A stretch of DNA of 64,000 nt, from positions 412,040-476,039 of the forward strand of contig OY760427.1 in the NCBI GenBank assembly GCA_963663495.1, written 5' to 3'. Shown one piece after another: positions 19,501 to 30,100 of this stretch. The notes beneath the pieces were generated by a model. It ran no database searches. It saw only the letters and a program-made list of their open reading frames with translations, and was not told the origin of the DNA. Both the position numbers and the translations under genes were made by a program. The DNA comes from Rhodothermales bacterium (GTDB taxonomy: Bacteria > Bacteroidota > Rhodothermia > Rhodothermales > Bin80). Every line of letters starts with the position of its first letter. The first letter of the stretch is position 1.

Positions 19501-21567
19501 GTATCCGTCCGGTGAAGTACATTATAACCGAGGGTATTTACTCTCTCAATTAGAGTAAGTTAGAGCGCGGTTCGAAGGTTTATAGGCTAGCGTCGGTTGG
19601 GTGTGCAGGTGTCAAGTACCTGACAGCGTATTCGCAGACCCGTACACGGATCTATCGGATGACCCGGGCGCGCCTGTTTAGGGGCTCCTATGCCGCTTTC
19701 TTGACGGTAGCTTGCTGCAAGTGCCGACTGGCTTTCCAATGATGGGGCAAGAGTTCAGCCATGCGGTCGGCAGGATGTGTCGGAAGACGGCGTAGTACGT
19801 CGGTAAGCCATTCAATCGGGTTTGTCGATTGCAACTTGCATGTGGCAAAAAGAGCGTACAGTACTGCGGACCGCTGCGCTGCCGCATGCGATCCCGCAAA
19901 CAGATGGTTTTTTCGACCAAGCGCAATCGCTCGCATCTGGTTCTCGACCAGATTGTTATCAATCTCAACCTTACCGTCTTCCAGGTAACAAGCCAGCTTC
20001 TCCCACCTGTTGAGCATGTACCCCACGGCTTCATCCCATCCCGCACTCGGCCGGTGCTCACGACTCTCCTCAAGCCATGGCTTCAACTTCTCCAGTACCG
20101 GCCGTGCCTCCTCCTGTCGTACCTCTACACGCCGAACCGGACCAGCTCCCTCCTTACGCAACCCACGCTCTATCGCACACAACTGCCGGATTTCCTCCAT
20201 TACATGGCGCACCTTCTTGGGCTCCTTTTTCCTGCAGTCATAAAACTTGCGACGCGCATGCGCCATACATCCAAACAGCTTTATCCCGCCCCGCGTACCA
20301 AACGCATCGTACATCACATACCCGTCGGTTTGCATCGCCCCTCTATATCCGCACAAGAATTCCCACGGTCCAGCGCGCGCACGGCTCGGGCTGTAATCCA
20401 TCATCACCACCTTCGCCCGCGGTGCCAGGTATACCCAAAGATAGCCGCGATGCGTCTTTCCTTCGTTTTTCCTCCCTTTCTTCTCCTTTCCTTTCTTCTT
20501 CGGCTTTTGCACCGGGAACGTTGTCTCATCCACCTGCAGATACCCGCTACGAAGCACCTCCTTACGCAACGCATCTCCTAACGGACCCAGATACGTCGCT
20601 ACCTTCGCAATCCAATCCCCCATTGTAGCAGCCGATAGCTTCACGCCATGGCGCTGAAACTTCTTCCGCAGCCGGTATAGCGGCATATGATCCACATATT
20701 TGGCTACCGCCAAATACGCCAACAACCCCAGACCCGCCTTCCCCTTCGGTATGACACGCTTCGGCAACGGCGCTATGACCACCCCCTTGCGAGGCTCCTT
20801 GCAGACAACGTACTTCGGCCGCACAATCCGTACTACCCTCGTGAAGCCCGGCACATATTCCAGGTACTCCGTTACTTCCTCGCCGATGTACTTCATACCC
20901 GCGGTGCTGCCCTCCGGCTCAAGGCGGATCACCTCTCTGGGCAGATGGTCCGGAATCGGCCCGCGCACCGGCTTGTTCTTCCCACGCCGCTTGCGCTTTA
21001 CCAAGTCGTACTCCTCCTCCTCCTCGGGCTCAACAGCTACTGGTTCCTCTCCAAACAACCGGCCTTGCTGCGCATTGTCCGCCGGCGTGTAACGCTCACT
21101 CTTTTCGCCAGAGAGTAGGCGATGCGCTTGTTCCAACCTGTCTTCCAGATGGCTAATCTTCGCAGCCTGATCCGCGTTGTTCTTGGATAGACGATCGGCT
21201 TTTTTCTCCAAGCGACGGACCTGTTTTCGCAGATCCTTGTTCTCAGCCTCTTGGTTTCTTAGCCTCTGAAAAAGGACTTCACCGGCAGGAGAAGAGGGGG
21301 AGAAAGATGCCTTGGACCGCATGGTTCATATACATGTGCGTCCTCCACAATGTTCCGGTTCTTCTCCCCAAAACCCATGTTTATTGTCCCAAAAGACGCT
21401 GATTGCTGCCTGCATTCAGGCGCCTGGACGATAAGCTGCACACCTCTCCGAAATTCCCATATCGGCACACCAAACCCGGCGTATAATCACCTTGCACTAA
21501 GCTCTACAAGCGGACTACGCAGACCAATGCTAAGCCCGCTTTACCATGTACTTTACCGTACGGATAC
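19501..21567 (-). mobile_element. IS66-family insertion sequence, copy 2 (intact)
   Basis: The same IRs as copy 1 at 19501 (GTATCCGTCCGGTGAAGTAC) and 21567 (complement of GTATCCGTACGGTAAAGTAC). Confidence 0.9.
19688..21322 (-). CDS. IS66-family transposase, 544 aa, intact
   Basis: Full-length ORF homologous to 3625-5190 with an intact N-terminus (MRSKASFSPSSPAGEVLFQRLRNQEAENKDL). Confidence 0.9.
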   Translation of the reverse strand: MRSKASFSPSSPAGEVLFQRLRNQEAENKDLRKQVRRLEKKADRLSKNNADQAAKISHLEDRLEQAHRLLSGEKSERYTPADNAQQGRLFGEEPVAVEPEEEEEYDLVKRKRRGKNKPVRGPIPDHLPREVIRLEPEGSTAGMKYIGEEVTEYLEYVPGFTRVVRIVRPKYVVCKEPRKGVVIAPLPKRVIPKGKAGLGLLAYLAVAKYVDHMPLYRLRKKFQRHGVKLSAATMGDWIAKVATYLGPLGDALRKEVLRSGYLQVDETTFPVQKPKKKGKEKKGRKNEGKTHRGYLWVYLAPRAKVVMMDYSPSRARAGPWEFLCGYRGAMQTDGYVMYDAFGTRGGIKLFGCMAHARRKFYDCRKKEPKKVRHVMEEIRQLCAIERGLRKEGAGPVRRVEVRQEEARPVLEKLKPWLEESREHRPSAGWDEAVGYMLNRWEKLACYLEDGKVEIDNNLVENQMRAIALGRKNHLFAGSHAAAQRSAVLYALFATCKLQSTNPIEWLTDVLRRLPTHPADRMAELLPHHWKASRHLQQATVKKAA

Positions 21568-21892
21568 CCAACGATCGTCGGCAAGAACCTCGTCCAAACG
21601 CTCTCCATTGCAGGGAGCGGTGAGCGTTCGTAAGACCTGACTTCGTTGGAACATGCCGCAACATAAGAAACACGTAGCGGAAAGCCAAATACCTGAAGCG
21701 GTAGAAGGGCAGGGGAAGCGGCGCAGGAAGAGATCGCGTATCCGCACGAGAGGAGGGCATTATTCACCTCAAGTCACACACCATACCTGTTAGGCCGAAA
21801 TACCCGAGATATTCCGACAGCCATGCCAGCGAGAGTTGACCAGAACTGACGAACAATCGAACCGTGATGGATGATTTATGGGGGAAGGGCAG
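21568..21892 (-). mobile_element. 5' arm of an IS4 (DUF4338-type) element: first about 26 codons plus the long terminal IR
   Basis: Collinear with 14505-14827. Begins with CCAACGAT, exactly where IS66 abuts. Ends ...TTATGGGGGAAGGGCAG. Confidence 0.8.
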
Positions 21893-22060
21893 GCCAAGGC
21901 TCCTGCATTGGATGACATGCGTCCGCCGTCGAATTCTGCGATGATTTTCCGTTTTCCGATCTTGGAAAACTCCACGGGTTGGGCTGGGCAGTTTGTGGTG
22001 TTGGTTTGTGGCTGCATGATGGCGTATAAGTGTATACCAATGATACACTTAGGAACCAAA
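21893..22060 (-). pseudogene. Possible N-terminal fragment of an IS1380-like transposase, cut by the IS4 arm
   Basis: Frame gives VEFSKIGKRKIIAEFDGGRMSSNAGAL, resembling IS1380-family N-termini. Short and from memory only. Confidence 0.3.
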
Positions 22061-22436
22061 AAGTTCCTACAATGACCAGCCGTGGTGAGATTTGCGGGTT
22101 AAGCGGGTTGTGGCATTACTGAGAGTTGAGGGATTTCAATCTGAGCGCGGCAGTGTGTCGGTGGGTAAGGCTACATCCAAGGTTCAAAATCAGTACAAAG
22201 CGTAGCACGCAACAACGCCTGGTCGGGCAATCCGGCAAGTAGCCGACCGTTGTGACCAGTGTCCGTGTTGATAGGTGGACGACATTGCAGGGCTGCTTGA
22301 GGGAATTGCGGCATCGTGTATCGCAGGATGTCAATCTAGAAATTACATACGGAGACGATTGGGTCGCAGTTGGAGTTGACAATGTCAGACAATTTGAATA
22401 AATTTGCGACATTATCAAAGCAGATAGCAAGCTTGA

Positions 22437-23027
22437 ATGATTGATGGACCATTAGGAATCCGTAAGTTGCCGAGGCATTGGAAAACGGTAGCGGAGCGAG
22501 CGGCCAACGAGAACTACACACTCACTGACTTGATGCAGGCGATAGAGCTTGCGCTGCGCAACGAGATTGGCAAAATCCCAATCACTGATATTGTAAGGAA
22601 TCTGGACAATGGCGTGCAGGCCATTCCCTTTTCTGACAGCGAATCAGTTTCAATTGACCTGTGTTAGGAGGACTTCATCGGTAGCGGCCTAGGGCTCTTA
22701 CTTAAGGACATTTTACAAGAGGAACCTTTTGGGGAGAAAACCGGGAAAGTTTTGGTGCAGACCTCTCTCTATAAGGCGCTCAAGATATACGCAGCTGCGC
22801 AGGCGCGCGAAATAGTGCGGCACTATTTGCTCGACACTCGCGGCGGTTTTTCAGTCTCTCCACTTCGTGTGCGACTCAAAGAAGCTATTGACTGCTGTCA
22901 CTTTTCCGATTTGGCCAGCGAATACGTTGATGGGCGCGGCTCGGCACCGAAAAAGGCGGGGCAACTAACTAAGCATTTCGGTCTCGACTCGGGGCCTCAG
23001 ATTCCAGCTCTGTGCGCCGAGAAATAG
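22437..23027 (+). pseudogene. Hypothetical gene interrupted by one in-frame TAG (22665-22667)
   Basis: ORF 22437-22667 and the open frame 22668-23027 are in the same frame. Its end overlaps the QueC-like start by 16 nt. Confidence 0.35.
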
Positions 23028-24544
23028 ATTGTTCCACGCGAGATGTGGTTTACGTTCACAGGACGAGCGATAGCGGTTGTTCCATCAAAAAGAGATTTGA
23101 CGTTTCTCGCAATTTTGAATTCAATTTCGGACTGCTATGCCAACAGGCATGCGCACCGTGGAGACCAATCTTAGGGGACTTGAAAACTGTTGTGGGTGCA
23201 GTAGAATTTGCGGACAGGTCCTTCCGTCGCCCAACGAATGGTTGGGGGCGCCAGCTTCGTGCGACCATCCCGGTGTCCGATTATGGGGAGTGGAACCGGG
23301 AAGCAGTTGTATCGCGATTAAGGAATACTCTTAATCAGCTAACTGGTGATTCTTGGAATTTGACATTTTATAAAAGGAAAACTGAACCAAATCATGTGTC
23401 CCAACTTTGCTTCGCCCTGGATCCAGCGATATCAGCAGTAATTCCGTACAGCGATGGATTGGATTCATATTCAGTTTACGTTATCGAGAGAGCGCGGCTT
23501 GGAGACGAGATCGCGAAAGTTCGGGTCCAGAATCGCGTTGCCACACGTTCAAGCTTGGAGAGGTGTTTCACTCCCGCGCTATTTCGAATTAGCACCGAAG
23601 ACGACTACAAGAAGGAATCGAGTTATAGGTCGAGAGCCTTCAAGTTTTTGGCACACGGTGCTATCATGGCATACCTTGCAAGCGCGAAAAGCATTATTGT
23701 ACCTGAAAGCGGACAATCCTCCTTCTATTCGGTACTAGTTCGCAATGCAATGGAGTATCCCCACTATGGCAGCCATCCCGAGTTCACCAGAAAGATGGAA
23801 CTGTTCTTGAACGCGCTGCTCGGCACCAATTTGCGAATTGAGACTCCGCAACTGTGGTTTACGAAAGGTTAAACCTTATCTAAATGCATATCATTGTGTC
23901 CGCACGGAACGTGGTCCAAAACAAGGTCATGTTGGATGCCCAACTTTCTTAGCTATGCTTTTGGCGAATCGCGTCAGTGCGGAATCTGTGCTTCTTGTCT
24001 GCTGCGGCGAATGTCCGTTCACTCTGCAAATTGCATCGAACCGGTCGGGACTTATTTGTTTGAAGACCTAAACGTCAGTATTCTCGAAGATGCAGTAATC
24101 AAAGACACAAGATCAGCTTGCATCGAACCGGCCGAGACTTATTTGTTTGAAGACCTAAACGTCAGTACTCTCGAAGATGCAGTAATCAAAGACCCAAGAT
24201 CAGCTTGCATCGAACCGGCCGAGACTTATTTGTTTGAAGACCTAAACGTCAGTACTCTCGAAGATGCAGTAATCAAAGACACAAGATCGGCAAGAAAGGA
24301 TGCCAACTATTTCAAGCATTACGCAATTGCCGGTGTCAGGGCGATGAGTGATTTTGCCAGTCTTTCCCTTGAAGATGTGCAGGATGAAAGCCTTCGGTTG
24401 ATCCGCCTGAGTCGCGACTCGAAACCCGACTCCGGCTATATACGGAATCAGCTGATTACACTAGTCAACCGGCATAAGGAAGAATGGTCTTCCTTTAAGC
24501 AATCGCTTCTGTCACAATCCTTCCTAAGAAAATGGGCAGCATAG
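23012..24544 (+). pseudogene. QueC-like PP-loop ATPase (QatC/DpdC-like family member) interrupted by one in-frame TAA (23870-23872)
   Basis: PP-loop-like IPYSDGLDSYSV. After the stop the same frame continues TLSKC...HGTWSKTRSCW...QCGICASCLLRR, matching the QueC C-terminal Cys cluster. 23012 and 23894 are in the same frame. Confidence 0.65.
24031..24291 (+). repeat. 3 x 87-bp in-frame tandem repeat inside the QueC-like C-terminal region
   Basis: Units start at 24031, 24118 and 24205 and encode CIEP(V/A)(G/E)TYLFEDLNVS(I/T)LEDAVIKD(T/P)RSA. Units 2 and 3 differ at about 2 positions. Confidence 0.9.
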
Positions 24545-25722
24545 CAATCAAGGGGCCACAAAAGGCTCTCCTAAATGACCGAGAAATTGGCAGAAGGCTT
24601 AGGATCGCGCGCGAGACTGCTAGATTGAGTCAAGAGAAGGCGGCCAATAAAGTGGGTTTGGCACGCACAACCCTGGTTGCCATCGAACAAGGCAATCGCG
24701 GGATTAGGACTGAGGAACTGTTAGGGCTTGCAAAACTGTACGGACGTTCGGCTAATGCAATTCTGCGCAGTGAGGTAGTTCACGTAGATCTCGTGCCGTT
24801 ATTCCGTGAAATCCGCAGGGTAGCGAGCGATAATGGAGTGGAGGCTGCTCGATTTATCAACGACTTTGCGAGTGCTGAAGTGGAGCTTGAGAATTCTCTT
24901 GGCGTAAACCGTGTGTTCGATTACCCCCGCGAACGCCCCCTGCTGCCTGGCCCACCGAAGCAGCAGGCGGAAGACGATGCTCAAGAGTTGCGCTGGTGGC
25001 TAGGTCTCGGTCCGGGCCCGGTCCGTGACATTATGACGCTTTTGGAAATGCAGATAGGCATTCGGGTCTATTCGTATCCAATTGACAGTAGTATCTCGGG
25101 CCTGTTCGCTTGGCATGAAGCGCTTGGCGCATGTATGCTATTCAATTCGAAGCATCCACCGCAGAGACGTAAGTTCACTGCGGCACACGAATTGGGGCAT
25201 TTCATGTCGATGCGTGCGACTCCAACAGTCCTCATGGCTAAGAAACAACCGAAGTCGCGGGAAGAGCAGTATGCCAATTGTTTTGCGAGTGCGTTCTTGA
25301 TGCCCAAACAAGCGGTTCGGCAACGGTTTGCCCAAGTAACTTCTGGGCAATCGTATTTCACACGGCGCCATGTGATTTTGCTCGCGCACATGCTTGATGT
25401 TTCGCGCGAAGCTATTGTCAGGAGACTCGAAGAATTGGAGCTTGTTCGTTCTGGGACATGGGACTGGTTCAACGAAAACGGTGGAATCACAGATAAGCAA
25501 GCCCAAGAGGTGCTAGGAGAGACTACACAATCGCCGCCAGCGCTGCGAGAACGATGGTTGTTACCCATACGATTAGCGTTGTTGGCACGCGAGGCTTGGG
25601 AACGAGATCTGTATAGCGAAGGGCAGTTGGGCCGCATGCTGCATTTACACCGGCGTGATTTGAGAAAAATCCTCTACGAAGTGTCCGACGAGGAGAAAAT
25701 GGCTAATAGATTGTCTTACTAA
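24532..25722 (+). CDS. XRE-family HTH fused to an ImmA/IrrE (COG2856) zinc metallopeptidase domain
   Basis: N-terminal HTH (LSQEKAANKVGLARTTLVAIEQGNR). HEXXH motif AAHELGHF. Confidence 0.8.
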   Translation: MGSIAIKGPQKALLNDREIGRRLRIARETARLSQEKAANKVGLARTTLVAIEQGNRGIRTEELLGLAKLYGRSANAILRSEVVHVDLVPLFREIRRVASDNGVEAARFINDFASAEVELENSLGVNRVFDYPRERPLLPGPPKQQAEDDAQELRWWLGLGPGPVRDIMTLLEMQIGIRVYSYPIDSSISGLFAWHEALGACMLFNSKHPPQRRKFTAAHELGHFMSMRATPTVLMAKKQPKSREEQYANCFASAFLMPKQAVRQRFAQVTSGQSYFTRRHVILLAHMLDVSREAIVRRLEELELVRSGTWDWFNENGGITDKQAQEVLGETTQSPPALRERWLLPIRLALLAREAWERDLYSEGQLGRMLHLHRRDLRKILYEVSDEEKMANRLSY

Positions 25723-25818
25723 TCTGTGACTTGCAGAAAGTTGGTGCCATTTTCCCGGCATCACTAGTGGCGTTGATTGGACGACTGGGGTTCTCGTGGT
25801 CAAGGGCAGACGGTGCGG

Positions 25819-26424
25819 ATGATGACAACATTTAGAAGCGTGAAGACGGTCGTGTTGGATTCAAGCGTCGTGATTAATCTGAATGCGACAGGTCGCGCTG
25901 CAGAAATATTGAAAGCGTTAGAAGTAAATGTAGAAGTCTCGGAACAGGTGCGCGACGAGTTGGAGCTCGGCAAGACTCATGGTTATGACGACGGGAATAA
26001 GCTGCAGGAATTAATTGAGCGTGAGGTCATTGATATAGTGGAACTTTCCACAGATGAATTGACGATCTTTCGCGAATGCGTCACGGGTGAACCAGGGCGT
26101 TCGCTTGATGATGGTGAAGCTAGCACGATCGCTCGAGCAGTTGGGTCTGGAGCAGCCGCTGCGATTGATGATAGGAAGGCAATAAAGTTGTGCGATAGGA
26201 GCTTTCACAGCGTCCAGGTTGTTTCGACTGCGGAAATACTTTTGCACGGCTCTGTTATTACACGATTGGGACAACGAGATGTCACAGAGGCTGTATTTGA
26301 TGCATTGGCCAAGACACGGATGTATGTTCCACCAAAATTGGTTAACAGGGTCATCTCCCTAATTGGCGTTAAACGAGCAGCAGTTTGCTCTAGTCTGCGC
26401 GGTGGAGTTACCCGCCATCAGTAG
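25819..26424 (+). CDS. PIN-like nuclease domain protein (DUF4411-like partner of ImmA/IrrE proteins)
   Basis: VVLDSSVVINL N-terminal acidic motif, later DDGEASTIA and AAIDDRKA acidic positions. ATG at 25819. Confidence 0.55.
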   Translation: MMTTFRSVKTVVLDSSVVINLNATGRAAEILKALEVNVEVSEQVRDELELGKTHGYDDGNKLQELIEREVIDIVELSTDELTIFRECVTGEPGRSLDDGEASTIARAVGSGAAAAIDDRKAIKLCDRSFHSVQVVSTAEILLHGSVITRLGQRDVTEAVFDALAKTRMYVPPKLVNRVISLIGVKRAAVCSSLRGGVTRHQ

Positions 26425-27135
26425 TAGGTTAGTATTTTGCCTGAATTCGAGGAATCCAATAGTGTTCGGGATGTGAGCACTCAGGAGATTGTGTTAAGAC
26501 CCCGAGCTCAGACCTACAAATTGCATGAATAGTTGTGTCGCTCGGCGGGGGAGATGTTTCCGCGTGTGGAATTGTTCGAGCAGAAGACGCGGGGTACAGG
26601 TGTCTGATAGATTGGCATGAGGTATCTCGTAGGCACAAGAGTCCTGTAAGTGCAGTGAGGCATGACTAATAGGCGGATGGGAGATCGATCCTATCCGAGA
26701 TGTGCTGGGGCGAACGAATATAATGTGTTCATTTGCGGTAGTTGGATTGGAAGCTAAGAACGGCGAGGAGGAGAGTCGTGGCTGGGAGAGGCAACTCGAT
26801 TCGCTACTGAGTATCAGAAGGCTTGTGGTCACGCCATCAACGGGGAAGGAGGGTTTGTCAACATAATTGGCCCATATTCAACCAACAAGACGATCACTTG
26901 GCCCTTATTCTTGGGGAAGAATGCCTGTCGCGGGATGCAGACTGGGTCTGAGTTTCAATTTTGTCAGCTAAGCCGGCCATTGGCATTTGATTCCCAGACA
27001 ATCACCATATGACGCTACTGAGTTTGCTATCCCAACTAGGTCTGACCACACTTTTCCGGGACCATAGCCCAAACACGGGTCGTCTATGGTCAGATTTTCG
27101 ATTTCAAGGCGTTGAGTCACAGCGGCGGTGCCACC

Positions 27136-30100
27136 ATGGCTGCTAAACTCCAAGACCTAAAAGCGGGAGTTGTACTTCGTGGGCTAGTTTCATCCGGTAG
27201 CGCCACGGTAGTGGGGGTGGAGAATATTGTCCCTGGCACCGTCAATCTCACCTATCGCCTCCCGAGTGGGAGAAATGATAGCCAGTTGGTTTCATCCGAC
27301 ATGTGCGACCGCCTCGACATCGTAGAAACGAAGTCCGGGCGCAGCTTTGGAGCCGACGGACGGCTATTCAAGCTGGTTGCGGAAGCGATGCGGATTCGCA
27401 ATGCGTATCTGTTCGATCCAGTCATTGCCGTGCGAACGTCAATGATCGAGCCGCTGCCCCATCAGATCACCGCCGTTTATGAATCCATGCTGCCGCGCCA
27501 ACCTCTGCGGTTTCTGTTGGCGGACGACCCAGGGGCGGGTAAAACCATTATGGCGGGCTTGCTCATAAAGGAGTTGATGGTTCGTGGCGATGTAGAGCGA
27601 TGCCTTGTCGTATGCCCGGGCAGTCTTGCAGAACAGTGGCAGCAGGAGCTCGCGGACAAGTTTCAGCTGCATTTTGACGTATTGTCAAATGACGCACTGC
27701 GTGGTTCAGCCGGGAATTACTTTGTTGAGCGGAGCTTGGTGATTGCGAGGTTGGATAAGCTGTCGCGTGACGAAGAGACCCAGGCACTTCTCAAAGCGCC
27801 TGATTGCCGATGGGATCTCGTCGTCTGCGACGAGGCCCACAAGATGTCTGCCACCTACAGCGGTAGCGAGATCAAGTTTACGAAGCGGTACAAACTTGGT
27901 CAGTTGCTGTCAACATTGACGCGGCATTTTCTACTGATGACAGCAACCCCGCATAACGGGAAAGAGGCAGATTTTCAGTTGTTCATGGCATTGTTGGATC
28001 GCGACCGATTCGAGGGTCGGTTCCGGGATGGCGTGCATCGAGTGGATGTTTCAGACTTGATGCGAAGGATGGTCAAGGAACGCTTGCTACGGTTTGATGG
28101 CACGCCATTGTTTCCTGAGCGGAGAGCATATACCAGGTCGTTCGTGCTCACACCTGTAGAGTCTCGTTTATACGAGGCGGTGACGGCTTACGTGCGCGAG
28201 GAATTCAACAGGGCGGAAGCACTTAGTGGGCGTCGCGTCCGTGCGGTTGGATTTGCACTGACTTTATTGCAGCGACGCCTAGCTTCCTCTCCGCGCGCGA
28301 TACTACGATCACTTCAGCGTCGAGAAAAGAAGCTGCAGGAGCATCTGGCTGATTTTGAAGATAGGCGTAGGAGCGGATTCGACACCAGGGCGGAGTCGAC
28401 AGATTTTGACGAGGAATTCTTGGAGAACCTCGAAGATGCGCCGGAATCGGAACGGGAAATCACGGAACAGCAGATTCTCGACGAAGCGACCGCAGCGCTC
28501 ACAGAGGACGAACTGCGGGCAGAATTAGATACGCTACAAACACTTGTGGCGTTAGCTAACGAGGTGCAACAGGCGAAAAAAGATGCCAAGTGGGTAGCCA
28601 TGGCAAAGCTATTGCAGGAGATCAGAGATCCTGATGGGGATTACGGTGCACGAGATCTACGCAAGCTTGTGATCTTTACCGAGCATCGCGACACGCTCGA
28701 TTATCTCCACAGCAAGATTCAGACAATTGTTGGTAGACCCGATGCAATTTGCATTATACATGGCGGCGTAGACAGACTAGAACGTCTTCGTATCCAGGAG
28801 AGTTTTCGTAATGACCCTGCAGTCCAAATCCTTTTGGCTACCGACGCGGCTGGAGAAGGCATAAACCTGCAGCGGGCGCATCTCATGGTGAATTACGATC
28901 TACCATGGAATCCTAATAGGCTGGAACAGCGATTTGGCCGTATCCACCGCATTGGTCAGAGGGAAGTATGCCACCTCTTCAACTTGGTGTCCACCGACAC
29001 GCGAGAGGGAGAGGTTTACAAAACGCTGTTGGTCAAGCTGGACCAAGCCCGGGAGAGTCTTGGAGGGCAGGTCTTTGACGTACTGGGCGAGATGGATTTT
29101 GAGGGGCTCTCGCTGCGGGATCTGTTGTTGGAAGCCGTTCGATATGGGGACCAGCCCGAAGTAAAGCAACGCCTCTCCACAGCTGTTGGAGATGCATTGG
29201 ACACAGATAGGATTGAAGCACTGATAACCGAGAGCGCACTCGCTCCAGATACAATGGACATGAGCCGATTGTTGGCAGTCCGCGAAGAAATGGAGAGAGC
29301 GCAGCTTCGGAGATTACAACCACACTTTGTCGAGGATTACTTCGTTCAGGCATTCAAGGAGCTAGGTGGGAGTATCCATCGACGCACGCAGGGCCAACAT
29401 AAGATTTCCTATGTACCTGCGGCAATTCGAAAGCAGGCCCAAAGGAGGCACCCCGTTGCCACTCGCTATCGACGCATCGCGTTTGATACCCAGCACGCAA
29501 GCGAAAATAGTGGGGTTGAGTTCGTGGCGTGCGGTCACCCGCTACTTGACGGTGTTACGGATTTGATTCTGCACCGCCACAAGAATGTGTTCGATGAAGG
29601 GACAATCCTGATTGACGAGACCGATCCTGGTAAGGAACCCCGCCTTATGGTCTGTTTCGAGCATGTGATCCAAGACGGCTCAGATGCTGAATCTGGAGGG
29701 TCTCGCGTCGCTTCTCGCAAGATGCTTTATGTGGATGTGGGCACAAGCGGCCCGCAGCCTTGCGGAAAGTACGCCCCATACCTGGATTACCGGGCGCTCG
29801 CCGCAGACGATCCAGACCGTGAGCTAATCCTGGGTCATCGCTTAGTAGCCAGCCTTCGAGATTCAAGCGAGCTCAAAGCTATGGGATACGTAGTAACAAA
29901 GCTGGTCCCTAAACACCAAGAAGAGGTAGAGACGGCGCGGCTGGAGCTGATCGCCAAGACGCGGGCGGCAGTTCGCGACCGGTTAAGTAAGGAGATCAAT
30001 CATTGGGACCTTCGCGCATCGGAGCTGAGGGAAAAGGAGCGTGCAGGTAGGCCTGGGGCCCGCCTCAACTCCAGTGAGGCAAGGCGAAGGGCTGACGAAT

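Noticed and set aside
22382-22442. 20-codon ORF (MSDNLNKFATLSKQIASLND) just upstream of 22437 as a leader peptide or a frameshifted N-terminus of the hypothetical gene
   Set aside because: It is too short to evaluate without homologues. It could equally be chance in an AT-rich spacer.
26425-27135. About 700-bp gap between the PIN-like gene and the helicase, checked for small genes, repeats or RNA structure
   Set aside because: It contains only very short ORFs (about 30 codons or fewer on the plus strand) and no repeat or conserved hairpin that I could see. It was left unannotated.
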